A stretch of DNA of 51,114 bases from positions 1-51,114 of the forward strand of contig CAYNSB010000028.1 in assembly GCA_964399625.1 (NCBI GenBank). Reading direction: 5' to 3'. Both the position numbers and the translations under genes were made by a program. The stretch's first letter is position 1. The number at the start of each line of letters is the position of its first letter. Below, one piece after another: positions 26,630 through 35,666 of the stretch. This DNA is from an uncultured Phycisphaeraceae bacterium (GTDB lineage Bacteria; Planctomycetota; Phycisphaerae; Phycisphaerales; UBA1924). The notes beneath the pieces are model-generated. The model did not search any database. It saw only the letters and a list, made by a program, of their open reading frames with translations, and was not told the origin of the DNA.

Positions 26630-27685
26630 TTACTTCGGCGAACGCCGCAGGAGCGTGTATCGCGTGAAGATCTCTTCCTTCACCTTCTCCGGCGACTGGG
26701 CGAGCCCCAGATCGACCCACAGCGCGTGCATCGCGGGGTCATCAGAAATATCGAACGCGACGACCTCGAACCCGGCCTTCTCGAGCTGCTCGCGCGGGAA
26801 GGGGCAGCGCGGGTCGGCGTGCGGGAGGTAGGGCTTGTCCTCGGGGTTCTGCGGCGGGCTGATGTTGTAGATCAGCGCCAGGCCCGAGGGCTTGAGCAGA
26901 TCGTGCAGGGCGCGGAGGAACGTGTCGTCGTCCACGCCGAGCTTGACGAGGAACCTCTCATCGACGGGGCGCTCGGGGTGGATGTACCCGCGCTTGAGGA
27001 CGTTCTTGGAGATGACCAGGTCGTACCCGCCGCCGATCGCCTTGACGACCTCGGGCTCGGCCGGCCAGCGCCCGTGATGGAGCGTGAGCGTGCCGGGCTT
27101 GCCACCGGCGAGGCCCGCGATCGTGCCGGTGTCCATGGGCGAGCTGTAGAGGGCGGGAAGAGCGTCCCAGACATCGACGCCGTGGACGTCGTTGCCCATG
27201 GAGGCGAGCATCCGGAGTTGCCCGATCATGCCGTAGCCGAAGTCCAGGATGCGCTGCCCGCGGAGCGGGGCCTTGGAAGCGTTGGCGATGATCTCGAGCG
27301 GCCTGGCGTAGATGAGGGGCGTCCCGAAGCCCGTGCAGTAGTAGAAGGTGGCGTCGCGGTCCGTCTTGGTGAGACCCGCGCGGGCGGACTCGTCCAGCGC
27401 GTCGTACTGCGCCTGCGAGTAGACGGCGCGCGGCTCCTTGCGTGACCAGATCGCGCGCGTGCCGGGGTCGGGAAGCCTCGAGGCGGCGTCGAGGAACGCG
27501 AGCACGTCCACGCTCGAGAATCGCGGGCGGATGTCCTTGGCCTGCTGGGCCATCTGATCGAGTATGGGCGGGCGCGGCGCCGCCTGTGTTGGCGACGCGG
27601 GCTGCGTTGGCGGCGCGGGCTGGGCCCATGCAGGGACGATGGGTGCGCTCAGCGCGAGCGTTGCGGCGAGGACGAGATGGCGCAT
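26630..27685 (-). CDS. Secreted class I SAM-dependent methyltransferase
   Basis: Signal peptide MRHLVLAATLALSAPIVPAWAQ. ILDFGYGMIGQ (motif I, GxGxG-like), DLVISKNVL, LKPSGLALIYN. Confidence 0.6.
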   Translation of the reverse strand: MRHLVLAATLALSAPIVPAWAQPAPPTQPASPTQAAPRPPILDQMAQQAKDIRPRFSSVDVLAFLDAASRLPDPGTRAIWSRKEPRAVYSQAQYDALDESARAGLTKTDRDATFYYCTGFGTPLIYARPLEIIANASKAPLRGQRILDFGYGMIGQLRMLASMGNDVHGVDVWDALPALYSSPMDTGTIAGLAGGKPGTLTLHHGRWPAEPEVVKAIGGGYDLVISKNVLKRGYIHPERPVDERFLVKLGVDDDTFLRALHDLLKPSGLALIYNISPPQNPEDKPYLPHADPRCPFPREQLEKAGFEVVAFDISDDPAMHALWVDLGLAQSPEKVKEEIFTRYTLLRRSPK

Positions 27686-27919
27686 GGTGAAACTCCAACG
27701 TCCCGCCGACGTGCATGGTTGGGATGCGCGGGGTGTGGACCTCCGTCAGCATAACCGTCGCGGGGAATCCCATAACGGGGCGATCGCACCGCCGAGAACC
27801 GGGCTCGCGCAGGTCCATTCGTGGTTTCGTGTGGCGTCGGGGGCGAATGGTGGTGGAAGCGGAGCTCGGCGTTCGTACATTGCGTCGAGGCCGGTCGTAC
27901 GAGAGAGAGGGAGTGGGAC

Positions 27920-28603
27920 ATGCGTGCGCTTGTGTTGTGCGTGTGCGCGGGCGGGCTGTCGGCGTCGGCGCTGGGCGATGGGGTGTACTCGAACGATTTC
28001 TCGAGCCAGAGCGTCGGCTCCGAGTGGCAGTTCGCCAACGCCATCGACGCGACGAGCGTGACGCCCGGGGGCGCGATTCCCAGCACGGCGTTTCTGGGCG
28101 AGTTCTCGGGGCAGGCGGGCGTCACGCTGAACCTGGGCACGCAGGCGGCCGGCACGTACCGCGCGTCGTTCGATCTGTATCTCATTCGCTCCTGGGATGG
28201 GAACGGCGAGCTGGGCGCCGGGCCGGACTCGATGCACGCCGGGTACAACGGCTCGGGGAACAACCTGCTCGACGCGACGTTCGCCAACTGGCCCGGGCAG
28301 ACGCAGTCGTTCCCGAAGCCCGTCGGCGGCGGAACGTTCGCGGCGGGGACGGGCGCCGCGGCGGTGAACGCGCTGGGGTACACGATCTTCGGCAACCCTC
28401 TCGACAGCGTGTACCACATGGAGTTCACGTTCGCGCACGCGGGCGGGGCCCTGTCGCTCAACTGGTCGAGCACGCTCAACCAGTTCGCCGACGACGAGAG
28501 CTGGGGCCTGGACAACATCGTCGTGCAGAGCGTCCCGGCCCCGGGCACGCTCGCGGGGCTGGCGGGCGCGATGCTGCTCACAGGCCGGCGTCGGAGGAAG
28601 TAG
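27920..28603 (+). CDS. PEP-CTERM sorting-domain protein (putative exosortase substrate)
   Basis: Signal peptide MRALVLCVCAGGLSASALG. The C-terminus VPAPGTLAGLAGAMLLTGRRRRK is a PEP-like motif followed by a TM helix and an Arg cluster. Confidence 0.6.
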   Translation: MRALVLCVCAGGLSASALGDGVYSNDFSSQSVGSEWQFANAIDATSVTPGGAIPSTAFLGEFSGQAGVTLNLGTQAAGTYRASFDLYLIRSWDGNGELGAGPDSMHAGYNGSGNNLLDATFANWPGQTQSFPKPVGGGTFAAGTGAAAVNALGYTIFGNPLDSVYHMEFTFAHAGGALSLNWSSTLNQFADDESWGLDNIVVQSVPAPGTLAGLAGAMLLTGRRRRK

Positions 28604-28606
28604 CTC

Positions 28607-29317
28607 TCAGCGGGATTGCTCGGCGTGCAGCACGCACGCGCACGCGACGACCGCCGCGGTCTCGATGCGCATCGTGTGCGGGGCGAAGCGGGCGATGAGG
28701 GCGCCGGCGCGGCGCGCGGCGGCGATCTCCTGGGCGGTCCATCCGCCCTCGGGCCCGATGAGCAGGCGGACCTCGCCGGCACCCGCGGGCGCGTAGGGGG
28801 CGCCCTGGGCGTCGGCCAGAACGATGCCCACGCCCGGGGACGGCTCGAGGGCGCGCTCGAGCGTAGATTCAGAGTCCAGGCCCAGGGCCCAGGCGCGTCC
28901 GCACTGCTTGCTCGCTTCCATCGCGGCGCGTTCGAGCCGCTCCGGGCGGGCGCCGTGGTGCACACCTCGGGAGGTGTGCAGCGGTCCCCAGCTCGCGGCG
29001 CCGACCTGGGCGAGACCGTCGATGAGGTCCGCGACGCGCGGGCCCTTGGGCACCGCCGATCGCACGTGCACGCGCGGCGCGACGGGGTCCGTGCGCGCGA
29101 TGTCGATGATCTCCGCGCGCAGAACCCACTGCGAGCGCTCCTTGGCGGAAGCGGCGACCCGGGCCCGCGCGACCACGCCCGCGCCGTTGAGCACCTCGAA
29201 CGAGTCGTTGACCTCCAGACGCTTGACGCGCACGGCGTGCTGGGCCTCGTCGCCGGTGACCTCGAGGGGGCCGGGCGCGAGGGGTGCGAGCGGGAGGTAG
29301 ACGCGATGGAGGCCCAT
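28607..29317 (-). CDS. rsmE: 16S rRNA (uracil1498-N3)-methyltransferase
   Basis: MGLHRVYLPL...GDEAQHAVRVKRL...LLIGPEGGWTAQE... is the RsmE signature. 236 aa; lies in the 3' part of ORF 28607..30382. Confidence 0.8.
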   Translation of the reverse strand: MGLHRVYLPLAPLAPGPLEVTGDEAQHAVRVKRLEVNDSFEVLNGAGVVARARVAASAKERSQWVLRAEIIDIARTDPVAPRVHVRSAVPKGPRVADLIDGLAQVGAASWGPLHTSRGVHHGARPERLERAAMEASKQCGRAWALGLDSESTLERALEPSPGVGIVLADAQGAPYAPAGAGEVRLLIGPEGGWTAQEIAAARRAGALIARFAPHTMRIETAAVVACACVLHAEQSR

Positions 29318-29441
29318 GCGCGCAGGGTACGGGCGATTCTCGGACGGGCCCAGGGTGCGCCCGCGCCGGAGATCGCGGCTGCGCGGCGCGGGGTGGCGGG
29401 TCGCCGGGGTGGGGTTATTCAGTCCTTGGGAGTTGTGGTCG

Positions 29442-30725
29442 ATGGGGATGGCGAGCGCGCCACGTCGCGCGCGGTGGAGGCTCATGGGCGAATCGGCGAC
29501 ACAACCTCGCGAGGATCTGGAGTCGCGCGTCACCAATCTGGTGGGACGGATGGACGCGGCGGTGGCGCAGGTCAGCCGTCGTGTGGCCGAGACCGTGCCC
29601 GAGACCGCTTCCATCGCCGAGGCGCTGGGGGCATCGAGCGGCGCGAGCACGGACGATCCCGCGAGCGTGTCCATGGACGATGTCGCGTCCGCGCTCGACG
29701 GAACCGTGGATCTGCCCGCGGCCCCCGAATCCTCCGCACCTGAGTCCACGGCTCCCGCGAGCGCGCCGCAGAGCGCGAGCGAATCGCCCGCGGCACCGGT
29801 CGCGCCCGCAGCGCCCGTGGAGCCGGCTACAAGCGCGGTTGCCGTAGCGGACGCGCCCGTCGAAGCGAGCCCCGAGGGCGTCGCGCCGAGCGCGCCGGCG
29901 AACGTTGATCCTGCGCCCGCGGCGCCGCTCGCGGGCGGGACCGAGGTCGCAAAGCCCGAGGACGTCGCGCCCACGAACGACGGTGTCGCGGCCGCGAGCG
30001 AGCCGGACCTTGCGCAGGCGGTCGAAGAGTTGATGAACGCTCCGGCGGCGGGCGCGAGCGCGCCGGCGGCGGCTCCGGAGCACATCGAATCGCTGGACCA
30101 GCAGCTGGCGGGGTTGGGCGACTCGATCATCGCGGGCGATTTCGTGGGCGAGGAGGAAGAGCCCGCGCCCGCGGCGCCCGAGGTGAGTCCCGCGCCGGAG
30201 GCGAGCGCGCCCGCCAAACCAGCCGAGCCCGTCGCGGAAGCACCGAGCCCCGCGCTGCAGGCGCCGCTCCCGCCCAAGTCCGAGGCGAAGCCCGCCAAGG
30301 AACCCGCCCGCGAGCCCGAGAAGAAGAAGCCCGCGCCCGAGCCGGCGAAGGAGCGCGTGGCGCGCGCACGCCGGGCGCTCATGCCCAGGCTCGTCGCGGC
30401 GCTCTCGGCGCTGGGGGGCCCGCTGGAGGGTCGCTCGCCGATTGTCCGTCAGTGCGTGGCGGCGCTGGCGATCATGAACGCCTTCATGGCGGTGTACGTG
30501 TGGGCGTACGTCGGGTTCATCCGCTCCGACGAGCCGCCGCCACCCCCGCCGCTGGTGACCACCGCCGAGGCGCAGGAGGCCGCGGCCGGCGAGAAGAAGG
30601 GCGATGAGGGTCACGGCGCGAAGAAGGACGCGCACGGCGCGAAGAAGGATTCGAAGAAGGACACGAAGAAGAAAGAGCCCAAGAAGGACGCCAAGAAGAA
30701 GGACGCGGGCGGGGCGCACCACTAG
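29442..30725 (+). CDS. Pro/Ala-rich low-complexity protein with one TM helix and a Lys-rich C-terminal tail
   Basis: Long PAxA/APxS low-complexity region, TM IVRQCVAALAIMNAFMAVYVWAYVGFI, PPPPPP, then KKDAHGAKKDSKKDTKKKEPKKDAKKKD. The start is uncertain (the first ATGs overlap rsmE). Confidence 0.4.
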   Translation: MGMASAPRRARWRLMGESATQPREDLESRVTNLVGRMDAAVAQVSRRVAETVPETASIAEALGASSGASTDDPASVSMDDVASALDGTVDLPAAPESSAPESTAPASAPQSASESPAAPVAPAAPVEPATSAVAVADAPVEASPEGVAPSAPANVDPAPAAPLAGGTEVAKPEDVAPTNDGVAAASEPDLAQAVEELMNAPAAGASAPAAAPEHIESLDQQLAGLGDSIIAGDFVGEEEEPAPAAPEVSPAPEASAPAKPAEPVAEAPSPALQAPLPPKSEAKPAKEPAREPEKKKPAPEPAKERVARARRALMPRLVAALSALGGPLEGRSPIVRQCVAALAIMNAFMAVYVWAYVGFIRSDEPPPPPPLVTTAEAQEAAAGEKKGDEGHGAKKDAHGAKKDSKKDTKKKEPKKDAKKKDAGGAHH

Positions 30726-31271
30726 CGGCGTGCGGAGCCCGATCAGGCGACCACATCGATGAGGCGGCCCGGGCGCGCGGGCGGGCGCGGCTGGCTCCGG
30801 GCGTCGCGGTACGCGGCGTTCTCGCTCGCCAGCGAGAGATCAAAGGCGGGCACGCCCGAGGGCGGAGGGTACGCACGGGAGGCGTTGCTCGCCGCAAGAT
30901 GCTCGTGGAACGACTGCCCGTGGGCGCACGAACGCGGGACGACCCGGATCTGTGCGCAGAGGGGGACCCCTCGGGGCGGGCACGCCGCCGGGGCCGATCC
31001 GATCTGCACGTGCGCGAGCATGCCCGGAGAGGTTCAACGGGCGTGCCGATTGAGCGCCCGAGAACGTTGGCGGGCGTGCCGCGGCGCGCGAGGGCGATAA
31101 GAATGCGGTGGATCGCTCGGCGCGGGTCGGTCGGACCGGTGCGTCGGCGGGGTGCTCCTGCGCGAGGGTGTTGGCGCGACGCGGGCCCGCGCCGGGACGG
31201 ATTCCGATTGTGCCACGTGTGGCGTGCCGGCAACGGGCGCGGATGCGTCGTGGCGACGGATCGGAGTGGCG

Positions 31272-32447
31272 ATGGGCGGAGCGAACCCCCTGCGTCTGCG
31301 GACGGCGGCCCTGGAGTACGACCTGCCGGGCGATCGCGTGGCGACGCACCCCGTCGAGCCGCGCGACAGCGCGCGCCTGCTGGTGGTGGATCGGCGGGAC
31401 CCCACGCGTCGCGCGCACCGTCGGGTGCGCGATCTGCCGGAGCTGCTCGAAGCGGGCGACCTGGTGGTGTTCAACTCCACGCGTGTGCTGCCGGCGCGGT
31501 TCCGTGGCGTGCGTGTCGGCACGTCGGGACGCATCGAGGGGCTGTACCTGCACGATGACCCTTCGCGGGGGGAGGGGCTGCGGTGGGTGTGCCTGATCAA
31601 GGGGCGGCACACGCGCGCGGGGGCGGAGCTGGAACTGCACGATGCGCGGGGACACCCCGGGGGCGTGCGCCTGGTCGTGGTCGATCGCGCGGACGATGAG
31701 CCCGGGGCGTGGGTGGTGCGGGTGGAGGGCGCACCGACGACGGCGGAGGTTCTGGAGCGCCTGGGCGCGACGCCGCTGCCGCCGTACATCCGCAAGGCCC
31801 GCAAGGAGCTGGGCGAGGACCCGGACGCGGGCGATGAGCTGGATCGCCGGGCGTACCAGACGGTGTACGCGCGCGACGCGAGCCCCGTGGGCGCGCACGG
31901 CGAGCGTGGGTCCGTCGCCGCGCCGACCGCGGGGCTGCACTTCACGCGCGAGCTGCTCGATCGCCTGGCGGCGCGCGGCGTTCGCACCGCGGAGGTCACG
32001 CTCCACGTGGGGGCGGGCACTTTCAAGCCCGTGGAGACGGAGTACCTGCAGGACCATCCGATGCACGCGGAGTGGTGCGCGATGGACGCCGGGGCGATCG
32101 ACGCGGTGCGCCGGGCCCGGGCGGAGGGCCGGAGGGTGGTGGCGATCGGCACGACGTCGGTGCGGACGCTGGAGACCTATGCGCCCCGGGTGGAGGGTGG
32201 AGGCGGGGCTCCCGGGGCGATCGAGACTCGCCTGCTGATCGCGCCGGGGTTCGCGTGGGGCTGGACGGACGCGCTGATGACGAACTTTCACCTGCCGCGA
32301 TCGACGCTCTTGGCGCTGGTGGCGGCGATGCTCCCGCCGGCGGACGACCCGGAGCGCGCCGTGGCGGCGCTCAAGGAGGTGTACACGGAGGCGATCGGGC
32401 TTGGGTACCGGTTCTACTCGTTCGGCGACGCGATGCTCGTGGTGTGA
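31272..32447 (+). CDS. queA: S-adenosylmethionine:tRNA ribosyltransferase-isomerase
   Basis: LEYDLPGDRVATHPVEPRDSARLLVV..., VVFNSTRVLPARF..., GTTSVRTLE..., FYSFGDAMLV are the conserved QueA blocks. Confidence 0.85.
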   Translation: MGGANPLRLRTAALEYDLPGDRVATHPVEPRDSARLLVVDRRDPTRRAHRRVRDLPELLEAGDLVVFNSTRVLPARFRGVRVGTSGRIEGLYLHDDPSRGEGLRWVCLIKGRHTRAGAELELHDARGHPGGVRLVVVDRADDEPGAWVVRVEGAPTTAEVLERLGATPLPPYIRKARKELGEDPDAGDELDRRAYQTVYARDASPVGAHGERGSVAAPTAGLHFTRELLDRLAARGVRTAEVTLHVGAGTFKPVETEYLQDHPMHAEWCAMDAGAIDAVRRARAEGRRVVAIGTTSVRTLETYAPRVEGGGGAPGAIETRLLIAPGFAWGWTDALMTNFHLPRSTLLALVAAMLPPADDPERAVAALKEVYTEAIGLGYRFYSFGDAMLVV

Positions 32448-32579
32448 GGGCGCGGTAGGATGGGGCGTCGCGGATGATGCCGCGGAGAACCCCGCGATTT
32501 CTGGGCTGATCGCGTGGTTTTGGTCGATGGAGCACGGACGGCGCGGAGGCGCCGAGCAAGCCCAGGGAGCGGGCCACGG

Positions 32580-34190
32580 ATGACCCTTGCCGAACTGTTG
32601 TCGGGCGCTGTGCAGGGTGCCGCCCCGGACGCTGCGCGCGTGCGCGTGGAGGGCGCGGGGGACCCGGGCGCGGTGCGGATCTGCGATCTGACGGACGACT
32701 CGCGGACGGTGCTGCCGGGCTCGATGTTCATCGCGCGGGCGGGGACCAAGACGGACGGGCGAGCGTTCATCCGCGACGCGCTGCGCGCCGGGGCGTCGGC
32801 GATCCTGACCGACGACACGGGCACGCCCGTGGACCTGCCGGGCGAGCACCGCGTGCCGGTGGTGTACGCGGGGAGCGCGGCGCTGGCGTCGGCGTTCTTT
32901 GCCGAGCGGTTCTACGGGGCGCCCAGCTCGAGCCTGGACCTGATCGGGATCACGGGGACCAACGGCAAGACGACCACCGCGCACCTGGTGCACCAGCTGC
33001 TCAATGAGTCGGGCGTGCGGTGCGGGCTGATCGGGACGGTGCAGATCGATGACGGGCGGGAGGTGGCGGCGGCCACGCTCACGACGCCCCCCGCGACGGA
33101 GCTCTCGCGGACGCTGGCGACGATGGTGGAGTCCGGGTGCCGGGCGGCGGTGATGGAGGTCTCGAGCCACGCGCTGGACCAGGGTCGTGTGGCGGCGCTG
33201 CGGTACGACGTGGCGGTGTTCACGAACCTGACGGGTGACCACCTCGACTATCACGGGACGATGGAGGCGTACGCGTCGGCCAAGGCGCGTCTGTTCGCGA
33301 TGCTCCCGCCCCAGGGCTGGGCGATCGTGAACGAGGAGGACCCGTGGTGCGGTCGGATGTTGCGGGACTGCCGGGCGCGGGTGATCCGCTGCCGCATCGC
33401 CGACGAGGGCGCCCCGCCGGCCGAGCGCGCACCGATGAACGGCGCGGGTGGCGAGGCGGTGGCGGCGATCCGCTCCGCGACGCTCTCGGGGACGGTCGTT
33501 GAGCTGTGCGGCCCGTGGGGGCGGTGCGAGGTCGTGCTGCCGCTGGTGGGACGGCACAACGTGATGAACGCGTTGCAGGCGGTGTGCGCGGCGTGGTGCG
33601 TGGGCGTGGCGCCGCGGACGCTCATCGAGCGGATCGGGCGTGCGGGGGCGCCGCCGGGAAGGCTCGAGCCCGTGACCACGCCGGGCGATCCCTTCGCGGT
33701 GCTCGTGGACTACGCGCACACGGACGATGCGCTGGAGAAGGTGCTCACGACGCTGCGGCGCGTGCTGGGCGGGAGCGGTCGGCTGCTGGTGGTCTTCGGG
33801 TGCGGCGGGGACCGGGACCGGAGCAAGCGCCCGCGGATGGGGTCGGTGGGCTCGCGACTGGCGGACCGGGTGCTCGTGACATCGGACAATCCGCGCACGG
33901 AGCAGCCCGGGGCGATCATCGACGAGATCCTCGCGGGCGTGCCGGCGGAGCGGCGCGATCGCGTGAGCGTGGACGTGGACCGCGCGCGTGCGATCGCGCG
34001 GGCGATTGGCGAGGCCCGTGCGGGCGATGTGGTGCTCATCGCGGGCAAGGGGCACGAGACGTACCAGATCCTGCCCGACGGGCGGGGCGGGACCGTCACG
34101 CGGCACTTTGACGATCGCGACGAGGCCCGATCGGCCCTGGGATCGACGCGGGGCGAGGGCGACGGGCGCAGATCGGGCGCTCGCGCATGA
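32580..34190 (+). CDS. murE: UDP-N-acetylmuramoyl-L-alanyl-D-glutamate--2,6-diaminopimelate ligase
   Basis: GITGTNGKTTTAHLV, DYAHTDDALEKVL, and a DNPRTE motif. 537 aa. Confidence 0.9.
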   Translation: MTLAELLSGAVQGAAPDAARVRVEGAGDPGAVRICDLTDDSRTVLPGSMFIARAGTKTDGRAFIRDALRAGASAILTDDTGTPVDLPGEHRVPVVYAGSAALASAFFAERFYGAPSSSLDLIGITGTNGKTTTAHLVHQLLNESGVRCGLIGTVQIDDGREVAAATLTTPPATELSRTLATMVESGCRAAVMEVSSHALDQGRVAALRYDVAVFTNLTGDHLDYHGTMEAYASAKARLFAMLPPQGWAIVNEEDPWCGRMLRDCRARVIRCRIADEGAPPAERAPMNGAGGEAVAAIRSATLSGTVVELCGPWGRCEVVLPLVGRHNVMNALQAVCAAWCVGVAPRTLIERIGRAGAPPGRLEPVTTPGDPFAVLVDYAHTDDALEKVLTTLRRVLGGSGRLLVVFGCGGDRDRSKRPRMGSVGSRLADRVLVTSDNPRTEQPGAIIDEILAGVPAERRDRVSVDVDRARAIARAIGEARAGDVVLIAGKGHETYQILPDGRGGTVTRHFDDRDEARSALGSTRGEGDGRRSGARA

Positions 34191-35659
34191 GCTTCTGGGA
34201 TTTCGAGAATCTCCGCGGGATCGTGGGCGGGAGCTGGGTCGCGCGCCCCGCGGCGGACACGTCGGGCTGCGGGCTCTCGACGGACACGCGGTCGCTGTCG
34301 CGCGGGCAGGTGTTCCTCGCCATCAAGGGTGAGCGGTTCGACGGGCACGCGATGCTGGGGCGGGCGCAGGAGGCGGGGGCGAGCCTGGCGATCATCGATG
34401 ATCTTGCGGCGTGCGGGGGAGGGGGGGCGCTGCCACCGGGGCTGGGCGTCGTGCGCGTGCCCGAGACGGGGCGGGCGCTTCTGGCGCTGGCGGCGGCGTA
34501 TCGGGCCACGCTCTCGCGAACGAGCGTGATCGCGGTGTGCGGGTCCAACGGAAAGACCACGACGGTGCGCCTGATCGACGCCGCGCTCTCGTCGTCGCTG
34601 TCGGGCACCTGCTCGCCCAAGTCGTTCAACAACCACATCGGCGTGCCGCTGACGATCCTGTCGGCCAGGGCGAGCGACGCGTATCTGATCTGCGAGGTGG
34701 GGACGAACGCCAAGGGGGAGATCGCGCAGTTGGCGAAGGTGGTTCGCCCCGACATCGCGGTGATCACGTCCATCGGGCGCGAGCACCTGGAGAAGCTCGG
34801 GAGCGTGCGGGAGGTGGCGCGGGAAGAGGCGAGCGTGCTCGAGTTCGTGCGGTCGTCGGGCGAGTCGCGGGCGCCGGGGGGCGGGGCGGGGATCGTGAAC
34901 GCCGACGCGCCGCACCTGCTCGAGACGATCGCCCGCCTGGAGCGCGCGCCGGGCGTGATGATCCGCTTCGGGTGGGGCGAGGGGGCGGACGTGCGGGTCG
35001 TCGGGACGGCGGCGGCGACGATCGGCGGCGGGCAGGCGGGCGGGGCGATGCGGATCACGCTCAACGACCGATCGGGGTTCGTCGTTCCGCTCGTGGGCGA
35101 GCACAACGCGAGCAACGCGGCGGCGGCGATCGCGGTGGCGCGGCGCCTGGGGCTGCGGGACGACCAGATCGCGGCGGGCCTTCTGCGGGCCAAGGGGCCG
35201 GAGATGCGCCTGGAGGTCTCGGAGGTGCGCGGGGTGAGGGTCGTGAACGACGCGTACAACGCGAACCCGGACAGCGTGCGCGCGGCGCTGGCGGCGTTCC
35301 CGGCGCTGGCGCGGGGCGCGTCGCGGCGCGTGCTGGTGCTGGGCGACATGCTCGAGCTGGGCTCGCACAGCGAGGCCGAGCACCGGGCGCTGGGCGAGGA
35401 GTTGGCGCGGATGCCGGATCTTGGTGCGGTGGTGCTCGTGGGTGCGGCGATGGGTCGGGCGGGCGAGGCGATGCGTTCGGGCGGGAGCGGCGCGGAGGTT
35501 CGGACGCTCGGATCGCTCGATGGGTCCGGGGCGATGGAGGTGGCGTCGATGCTGCGGGCGGGAGATGCGGTGCTGCTCAAGGGTTCGCGGGGGATGCGTC
35601 TGGAGCGGGTGGTGTCCGCCCTTTCGGGCGGGGCGTCCACGTCGGGCGCGGTCCATTGA
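34187..35659 (+). CDS. murF: UDP-N-acetylmuramoyl-tripeptide--D-alanyl-D-alanine ligase
   Basis: GSNGKTTTVRLI and DAYNANPDSVRAAL motifs. Overlaps the murE stop by 4 nt. Confidence 0.85.
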   Translation: MSFWDFENLRGIVGGSWVARPAADTSGCGLSTDTRSLSRGQVFLAIKGERFDGHAMLGRAQEAGASLAIIDDLAACGGGGALPPGLGVVRVPETGRALLALAAAYRATLSRTSVIAVCGSNGKTTTVRLIDAALSSSLSGTCSPKSFNNHIGVPLTILSARASDAYLICEVGTNAKGEIAQLAKVVRPDIAVITSIGREHLEKLGSVREVAREEASVLEFVRSSGESRAPGGGAGIVNADAPHLLETIARLERAPGVMIRFGWGEGADVRVVGTAAATIGGGQAGGAMRITLNDRSGFVVPLVGEHNASNAAAAIAVARRLGLRDDQIAAGLLRAKGPEMRLEVSEVRGVRVVNDAYNANPDSVRAALAAFPALARGASRRVLVLGDMLELGSHSEAEHRALGEELARMPDLGAVVLVGAAMGRAGEAMRSGGSGAEVRTLGSLDGSGAMEVASMLRAGDAVLLKGSRGMRLERVVSALSGGASTSGAVH

Positions 35660-35666
35660 TCTTCTG

